This document shows positions 57,960-64,000 of a stretch of DNA of 64,000 bases, in pieces. The stretch lies in the IMG/VR virus record IMGVR_UViG_3300046532_001566, positions 52,086 through 116,085 of that record; one strand, written 5' to 3'. The notes below the pieces were generated by a model. It was not told where the DNA came from. It searched no databases and saw only the letters and a program-made list of their open reading frames with translations. The position numbers and the translations under genes were made by a program. Source of the stretch: a virus. Positions within the stretch are counted from its first letter, which is position 1, and each line of letters begins with the position of its first letter.

Positions 57960-58099
57960 GTCTTTTCTAACTTATCTTTTATAAAAAGTTTTTCTTTTTT
58001 AAGATGTTTAATATGTTCACCTGTTTCCTTAATAACTCTTTCTTTAAGAGTCTGATGCTTTGTTTCTAGAAATGTTATTTTCTTATATAAATTGGTCAT
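57932..58099 (-). CDS. Small DUF465/YdcH-like coiled-coil protein (55 aa)
   Basis: Translated by hand: MTNLYKKITFLETKHQTLKERVIKETGEHIKHLKKEKLFIKDKLEKTRLQANSVL, with the L..KH..L...LKKEKL..KD pattern. Confidence 0.65.
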   Translation of the reverse strand: MTNLYKKITFLETKHQTLKERVIKETGEHIKHLKKEKLFIKDKLEKTRLQANSVL

Positions 58100-58100
58100 A

Positions 58101-58472
58101 CTACTTCTTCTCCAAATACTGATTTAATTCTGGCCCTTTCCAATCGCTTGGCTTTAGGATTTTTCCATCTTCTCTTTTAGTAACCTTACCGGTTACCGGA
58201 TCAATCTTTGCAAAATTAGTATCCATAACTTCTTTCCAGGCGCCTTCACCATCAGCACCAAATGAATGTATAGCACCAATTGTAACTACAAGAATATCAA
58301 TTAAAGCGTCTAACTGCTCTACGTTATCATGATCCTTAATTGCATCTGCAAGCTCGCCGACTTCTTCTTCAATTAGGCTAATATACAAATTATATTGGTC
58401 CTTGTTGTACCCAGCAGTAGTTTGATCACTTGCTGTCATAAATCGTTCTTGATCCGTAAAAGGATTAGTCAT
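58101..58472 (-). CDS. MazG-like/PRA-PH family NTP pyrophosphohydrolase
   Basis: LIEEEVGEL, DALIDILVV, V...NFAK and KREDGKILKP motifs. Confidence 0.85.
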   Translation of the reverse strand: MTNPFTDQERFMTASDQTTAGYNKDQYNLYISLIEEEVGELADAIKDHDNVEQLDALIDILVVTIGAIHSFGADGEGAWKEVMDTNFAKIDPVTGKVTKREDGKILKPSDWKGPELNQYLEKK

Positions 58473-58481
58473 TCTGTTCTC

Positions 58482-59450
58482 CTATTGAAATTCTGTTGGT
58501 GGATTGTTGTGTCCAATCATTTCTGAAAGTGGTTCAACTACTGGGACCTCTTTAGCCTTTTCTTCTTCAATTTTTAAAGCCTTCTGGCGTTCAGTTTCTG
58601 CTTTAGTTTTTTCAATATGTTCTGCTTGTCTAGTCCAACTAGGCATTTGACCAGCTTCTTGTAGTAAGTCGTCTCTAATATCTCGTTGACGCTTTTCAAC
58701 ATTTAACACTCTTGTAAAGCTATTTGTAACTGCGGCAGTATAGTATGCAAAAGGATTTGAACTTTTATTTTCATCAAACTGTAATGCAATTTGTGTCAAC
58801 TGTATTAGTGCATGCCCACGCATTTCGTCAATATAACTATAACCACGCCAATTACTTCTTAGGCTATACCGTTCACACAATTTTAAGAACATTGCTCCTA
58901 AATGGTTAGTAAGTTTGCCATGGCCCACACTAAACTCTCCAGTTTCTAGATTACCCTTCCAATGACTACGAGCCACTTCTTCCCATACTTTATTCTTTTG
59001 TACAAAGTGTTTGAAGGGAGGAAAATTAACTTTCTTTCGATAGTCTGCTGGTATCTTAGGATTGTTTTTACGACCAGGATCTAGTGGAATATGATCCCAT
59101 GTCATGAGCCTAACCGTTAAATCTTCTGTTGGGATAGTTTTAATAGCTACTTCAAATTCGGCAAGTTTTGGTTTTTTGCTAGGCTTTTTACCTTCTTCTT
59201 CCCATACTTTTAGAGCCTCTTTATGAGCCTGTTCTTGATATCGTTTAGCTCTTGCGGTCTTTGCAAGATTTAACACTCCTTCTGGAAATGCATTTGTTTT
59301 ACGGTTATGAAAATGTTTTAGGTCATGTAAAATAATATCAACATCGCCATACGACTTATCTGCTTTCCAGCAAAATGTCAGCTTACTCTTATGAATCTGA
59401 GCAAGTAAATCTTTGTTCTTTAAATAAACGTTTTTAGTATTTGTTGTCAT
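58482..59450 (-). CDS. gp55: Late-transcription sigma factor (gp55-like)
   Basis: YLKNKDLL, NWRGYSYIDEM, FDENKSSNPFAYYT and NSF.R.L..EKRQ motifs. Confidence 0.85.
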   Translation of the reverse strand: MTTNTKNVYLKNKDLLAQIHKSKLTFCWKADKSYGDVDIILHDLKHFHNRKTNAFPEGVLNLAKTARAKRYQEQAHKEALKVWEEEGKKPSKKPKLAEFEVAIKTIPTEDLTVRLMTWDHIPLDPGRKNNPKIPADYRKKVNFPPFKHFVQKNKVWEEVARSHWKGNLETGEFSVGHGKLTNHLGAMFLKLCERYSLRSNWRGYSYIDEMRGHALIQLTQIALQFDENKSSNPFAYYTAAVTNSFTRVLNVEKRQRDIRDDLLQEAGQMPSWTRQAEHIEKTKAETERQKALKIEEEKAKEVPVVEPLSEMIGHNNPPTEFQ

Positions 59451-59473
59451 ATAATCATATCCTTATTTTACAT

Positions 59474-59502
59474 ATTATAACATAGTATTCATTTAATGTC
59501 AA
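59474..59502 (-). promoter_or_regulatory. Consensus sigma70 promoter of the gp55 operon
   Basis: TTGACA-17nt-TATAAT. Confidence 0.8.
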
Positions 59503-59555
59503 GCGGTTATCTACCCACTTTATAGAAACGGTAAATATAGTTGGAGATATATTAA

Positions 59556-60206
59556 ATGAAAATAAGTGATCTACAACCTCGTATCATTGCTATCTATGCC
59601 GGAAGGTTTCATCCGTTCCATTATGGACATTCCATGGCATATAAAGAATTAGCATCTAAGTTTGGCATTAACAATACTTATATTGCTTCTAGCGGTAAAG
59701 TAGAGCCGAATAAGAGCCCGTTCTCGTTTGATGAGAAAAAAGTGATGATGCAAGCAACTGGTATTAGCCCTGACCATATAGTAGAAGAAAAGGTACCTTA
59801 TTCTCCTGTAGTGCTTCCTCAAAAACTTGGTCTTGATCCAAATACTGATGTATTGGTTTTTGGTATCGGAGCAAAGGATATGCAAAGTGATCCTAGATTT
59901 TCATTTGCACCATTAAAAAGTGGTTCCCCTGCATATTTTCAGAAATATATTGAAGGAAAATTGAAACCTTTTATAAGTGATAAAGGAGATGCAACCGGTC
60001 GTCCTGGACATGGATATGTTGTTCAGGTAAACGATTACAAATTCCAAATAGCTGGTGAAACAGCCGGGAGTGCATCTGAAATTAGAAATAGATTTGCAAC
60101 TGCAAATGAAGAAGGAAAGATACAAATTGTAAAAGATATGTATCCAAAGACTGATGATGTAACTAGAAGTAAGATACTTTCTATTTTTATTAGGAAACTA
60201 GGATAA
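59556..60206 (+). CDS. Cytidylyltransferase-like (HxGH) nucleotidyltransferase
   Basis: AGRFHPFHYGH, SPFSFDEK and SASEIR motifs. Confidence 0.8.
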   Translation: MKISDLQPRIIAIYAGRFHPFHYGHSMAYKELASKFGINNTYIASSGKVEPNKSPFSFDEKKVMMQATGISPDHIVEEKVPYSPVVLPQKLGLDPNTDVLVFGIGAKDMQSDPRFSFAPLKSGSPAYFQKYIEGKLKPFISDKGDATGRPGHGYVVQVNDYKFQIAGETAGSASEIRNRFATANEEGKIQIVKDMYPKTDDVTRSKILSIFIRKLG

Positions 60207-60207
60207 C

Positions 60208-60798
60208 ATGGCGCAAGTAGCTGACAAAGTAAAATTATCATTTAAAGCATTAAAAGAACTGAGAGTTGATGCTAAGGCATTCTCGACACATGAGTTAGAA
60301 TTTGAATATACACCTAGAATAACTCAGTCGATTGAAGTGCAATACAGCCAATTTGAGTTACAACATACAAACTATCAGCCAAGTGCATTTGGCAGTAGAA
60401 AAGTTCCTACTATTGGAATTAGTGGGCCTTTTGTTAGTAGAACAGAAGAAGAAGGACGCAAGACATTAAATGCAATACATTTACTAAGAACAGCTACAAT
60501 GATGTATTATGGTAGAGGAGAGAAGGAACCACGTCGTGGAACACCTCCCCCAATTGGAAGATTAAATGCATACGGTTTATACAATAATACTCCAGTAGTT
60601 GTAGCATCGTTTCAATATGATTATCCACAGGACGTTGATTACATTTCAGTAAAGATGGCAGACGGAGTACAAACTGTTCCTGTATTATTTGATATTACTA
60701 TATCATTGCTAGTACAATTTACTCCTATTGAAGTGGTTTCGGATTTTACATTAGGTGACTTTGCAAGTGGTAAATTATTAGGGAAAGGATACATCTAA
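60208..60798 (+). CDS. Baseplate tube-initiator-like protein
   Basis: FEYTP.I....Y......HTNY, G.PPPI..LNAYG and PVVV.SF...P.DVDY. Precedes the gp53-like gene. Confidence 0.65.
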   Translation: MAQVADKVKLSFKALKELRVDAKAFSTHELEFEYTPRITQSIEVQYSQFELQHTNYQPSAFGSRKVPTIGISGPFVSRTEEEGRKTLNAIHLLRTATMMYYGRGEKEPRRGTPPPIGRLNAYGLYNNTPVVVASFQYDYPQDVDYISVKMADGVQTVPVLFDITISLLVQFTPIEVVSDFTLGDFASGKLLGKGYI

Positions 60799-61088
60799 TG
60801 GCTACAGGAAAATCACATTACAGTAATACATCTATTACAGATTTCTTTTTAGATAGATATATTCCGCAAACTGCAGAAGACTTAGTATCATCTCAAGCAC
60901 AGATAAACCAACATGTAGTAACACCTGGACAAGCACACAGACCAGACAAACTAAGTTACGATCTATATGGTAATAGCAAGTATTGGTGGACTATAGTAAT
61001 GCTTAATAGGAACGCTCTTGTAGATCCTATTAGAGATTTAAAAACAGGGTTAGTACTAGAAGTACTAGAAGATGCATCAAAGGTTTAA
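60798..61088 (+). CDS. gp53: Baseplate wedge protein (gp53-like, LysM)
   Basis: HRPDKLSYDLYGNSKYWW....N motif. Confidence 0.8.
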   Translation: MATGKSHYSNTSITDFFLDRYIPQTAEDLVSSQAQINQHVVTPGQAHRPDKLSYDLYGNSKYWWTIVMLNRNALVDPIRDLKTGLVLEVLEDASKV

Positions 61089-61107
61089 TTTATGTTAGTA
61101 ACAGTCA

Positions 61108-63180
61108 ATGAGTGAGGAATTTGAGGAATTTGATGAATCTGGTTCATCAAATGCACCTATTTTTCCACCTACTAGATTAGAAGGCGAATTAGGTGACAAT
61201 CCATTATTAAAGTATCAGAGTGTAACTTATAATATTACACTAACAATGATGCCTGTTGGAGAAAAACGGTTACACCACAAAAAACGAAGTTTTAAGCATA
61301 CTGATGGAATTACAATAATAGATTCGTCTAGGGTTGGATCAGTTGTTATGGAATCATTAGAGATAAAAACTGCTAGTCCGGGTCAGAACAACAGCATATA
61401 TTATCTTTCAAGTATAGACCATACATTTACTGCTAAAGTAATCGAACCTTTAGGTGGAAAACTTATTGAGATGATTGCAAAGTCAGCTAAGGCGTTTAAT
61501 TATAGCAATACAGCAGAGGCTATTTATTTGTTAGAAATTTCGTTTAAAGGTCACGAAAATGATGAACCAGTCCAAGCAAAAGATAGAAATGGTTCCCCGT
61601 TAAATTTTAAATGGTACGTTACTATTACAACTCTTAAAATGTCAATAGATGTTAGAGGAGCGTCTTATGATCTAACAATGGTTAATAATGTAGGAGCGGC
61701 ACAATCATCACAATATTTAAAAATAGAAACTGGAGTTAAAGTTGATGCAGATAATGATAAAGGCAGTGAACAAAATTGTGGTGGAGTAGTTTCACGGTTA
61801 GAAAGTGCAATGAACAAATACCAGAAAAATCTAGTAAAAGAAGGAACAATAGAATTTCCTGACAAATATACATTTGTAACAGATACAACAATCGCATCTT
61901 TAGGTTTTGACTTTGGTTCATCAAAAATTAAAAAGAATGAAAGCTGGATTGCGACCGCCGTATGGACCGACGGAACTATTTCAATACCTCCTGGTTCAAC
62001 AGTACAATCGTACATACATATGATGTTTGGAAATTCAAAACCTCTTATTAATTTCTTAACAAACGACGCATATCCGCAGGGCAAGGTAGATCCAAAACCA
62101 AAATCTTTAGAAAAATTAAAAAAGACAATATTAATTGTTACTGATGCTGTACCACAAGTTGGCAAATATGATCGAAAGAGGAATAGAGATGCAGTTGATA
62201 TAACTATATTTGTTGGTTATAGAGTAAATCCAGGTCCGTTGATTTCTCCAATTGAGTTATTGGAAACCGCCAGCATCGACTCAGTAGGTGCAAGACTTGA
62301 TGACTATATTAAAAGCGGAATGATAAGAAAAGCATATAAATGGATATACACTGGTGAAAATACAGAGATTCTAAACTTGGATTTAAAATTAGATAATCTA
62401 TGGAGGGTTCCATTACCTGTACTTCCTGGAGTATCATCTCCTCCTGCTAAACGAAGTAAAAATGTTATTTCTGTCAATGACAAGGTAGCACCAAGTGCCG
62501 CATTAGTCCCGGGCAGGACTGAATTTATTTTTGCAGAAACGTTAACAGACAAAGAGGCAGGATTAGTAAATGACGAGATAAATCGGTATCCACCTCAATT
62601 TATGCCATCTAATACAAAAGCAAATGAAAAAACAACACAAAATGAAAATGATGAGAAGGACTATTACGTTAAGGCAATCTTTAAACAATTACATTCAGGA
62701 GCAAGTAACACTGGTGATTTATTGAAGATAGAACTAGAAGTTATAGGAGATCCTTTTTGGTTACATCAAGCTCCTGCAGGAGTTGGTCCGCCTGAAACAG
62801 ATAATGTAGAGTGGTATATTGAACATAACGGTAATATTAAAGAATCAATAATAGAGATAACTAAAAAGACAGCAACACACAATGTATCCAACGCAATTTA
62901 TTTAGATATCCAAGTACCGTCTTCATCTCGTGACAATCACGAAGACCTAATGGATTTAAACGATGATGATGTAATAACAGGAGTATATCACATCTGGTCA
63001 GCAACACATACATTTACAGGTGGTAAGTTTACCACTAAATTGTCAGCAAACAAAGATGATCTCTTGGGACAAAAAGCAAAAGAAGCGGCCGCTCTTAAAA
63101 CAAGGGTAGCCAAGGCATTGAATCTTGCAACTGGTGACCCGGCTAATGTAGCTAAAGAAAAAAACAAGGGAAAGAAATAA
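61108..63180 (+). CDS. Baseplate hub-like protein
   Basis: C-terminal LEVIGDPFW and GVY......H.F.GG.FT motifs. Between the gp53- and gp5-like genes. Confidence 0.6.
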   Translation: MSEEFEEFDESGSSNAPIFPPTRLEGELGDNPLLKYQSVTYNITLTMMPVGEKRLHHKKRSFKHTDGITIIDSSRVGSVVMESLEIKTASPGQNNSIYYLSSIDHTFTAKVIEPLGGKLIEMIAKSAKAFNYSNTAEAIYLLEISFKGHENDEPVQAKDRNGSPLNFKWYVTITTLKMSIDVRGASYDLTMVNNVGAAQSSQYLKIETGVKVDADNDKGSEQNCGGVVSRLESAMNKYQKNLVKEGTIEFPDKYTFVTDTTIASLGFDFGSSKIKKNESWIATAVWTDGTISIPPGSTVQSYIHMMFGNSKPLINFLTNDAYPQGKVDPKPKSLEKLKKTILIVTDAVPQVGKYDRKRNRDAVDITIFVGYRVNPGPLISPIELLETASIDSVGARLDDYIKSGMIRKAYKWIYTGENTEILNLDLKLDNLWRVPLPVLPGVSSPPAKRSKNVISVNDKVAPSAALVPGRTEFIFAETLTDKEAGLVNDEINRYPPQFMPSNTKANEKTTQNENDEKDYYVKAIFKQLHSGASNTGDLLKIELEVIGDPFWLHQAPAGVGPPETDNVEWYIEHNGNIKESIIEITKKTATHNVSNAIYLDIQVPSSSRDNHEDLMDLNDDDVITGVYHIWSATHTFTGGKFTTKLSANKDDLLGQKAKEAAALKTRVAKALNLATGDPANVAKEKNKGKK

Positions 63181-64000
63181 TGATAGGACCATTTGATCAA
63201 CCAGATAAACTTGATGGAGTTTTTGTTGGAAAAATTAAAAATAATATTGACATATACGGTATGGGAACCCTTGAAGTTTATATTAAAGAATTTGCTGGAA
63301 ATGAAGATGAATCTCAAAACTGGAGAAAAGTAAGATACTGTCCTCCATTTGCTGGATCATCAAATCATCAATCAGAAAAACCTGCAAAAGGATCAGTTGA
63401 ATATGAAGAAACTGACCATTCTTATGGTATATGGCATATTCCTCCAGATTTAAACGTATTAGTGCTTTGTGCATTTCTTAATGGCGATTCTAATCTAGGT
63501 GTTTGGTGGGCATGCCTCCCTCATGATGATAAAACACATGCACTTCCGGGAGTAGCATCAGGAGCGACACATGAAGGACTAGTTAAGCCAATTGGCGAAC
63601 GGAATAGATTTAATACATCTGATAAGAATACTCATCACAGACCCGAACATCCTGCTAGTCTTAGATTAAGCGAACAAGGAGTAGACAGAGACCTTCGAAG
63701 AGGACAATCAAACGCAGGACCGTTTAGAGATGCTACAGCTCATCCAGGATTAGCGTATGGTATGCTAAGTCCTAACCAACATAGCTTTATGTTAGATGAT
63801 GGTGCTGATCAAAAAAGTGGTGAAATACGTTTACGAACGTCTAGCGGACATCAAATACAAATGCACGAAGAAGGTGGCTACATTAATATTATGAATGCCA
63901 AAGGTAACGCTTGGATAGAATTAGATGAAGAAGGTAATATAGATATCTATAGTGAAAAAGACATATCGTTCCATGCAGAAGAAAATATTAATTTCCATGC
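63180..64000 (+). CDS. gp5: Baseplate central spike (gp5/VgrG-like), partial
   Basis: Translated by hand: MIGPFDQPDKLDGVFVGKIKNNID...LEVYI...YGIWHIPPDL...VLCAFLNGD (OB fold), then LDDG...IRLRTSSGHQI.M. Runs off the window. Confidence 0.75.
   Translation, partial: MIGPFDQPDKLDGVFVGKIKNNIDIYGMGTLEVYIKEFAGNEDESQNWRKVRYCPPFAGSSNHQSEKPAKGSVEYEETDHSYGIWHIPPDLNVLVLCAFLNGDSNLGVWWACLPHDDKTHALPGVASGATHEGLVKPIGERNRFNTSDKNTHHRPEHPASLRLSEQGVDRDLRRGQSNAGPFRDATAHPGLAYGMLSPNQHSFMLDDGADQKSGEIRLRTSSGHQIQMHEEGGYINIMNAKGNAWIELDEEGNIDIYSEKDISFHAEENINFH

Noticed and set aside
1-64000. Stop-codon reassignment
   Set aside because: Core genes are full length in the standard code, and TAA, TAG and TGA are all used as stops.

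Overview
A 64-kb piece of a large, AT-rich, T4-superfamily-related myovirus (large/jumbo-phage-type gene set) read in the standard genetic code. Replication and recombination genes: gp41-like helicase (cut by the window edge), gp61 primase, a stand-alone 193-aa DnaE (Pol III alpha) catalytic core, UvsW/UvsX/UvsY, gp32 SSB, gp46/47, a resolvase-like nuclease and a gp55-type late sigma factor. Head, packaging and tail genes: gp16/17 terminase, gp4, gp20-23, gp13-15, gp18/19, tape measure, gp26/gp51-like hub chaperones, gp53, hub, a gp5-like spike, and four repeat-rich fibre proteins. Accessory enzymes: methyltransferase, GT2, NUDIX, cytidylyltransferase, MOSC, MazG-like and dNMP kinase. I saw no tRNA, rRNA or CRISPR array. 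The most interesting signals are non-coding: (1) a hairpin at the 3' end of an early AAA-ATPase operon whose loop is antisense to that ATPase's own translation start; (2) a ~400-nt structured ncRNA candidate followed by a palindrome cluster at 53.87-54.4 kb; (3) a likely -1 frameshift fusing the gp26- and gp51-like ORFs; (4) repeated TAARTA-N5-ATG spacing that suggests leaderless late genes; (5) strong avoidance of GCWGC. All protein calls come from motif recognition by eye, with no database search.
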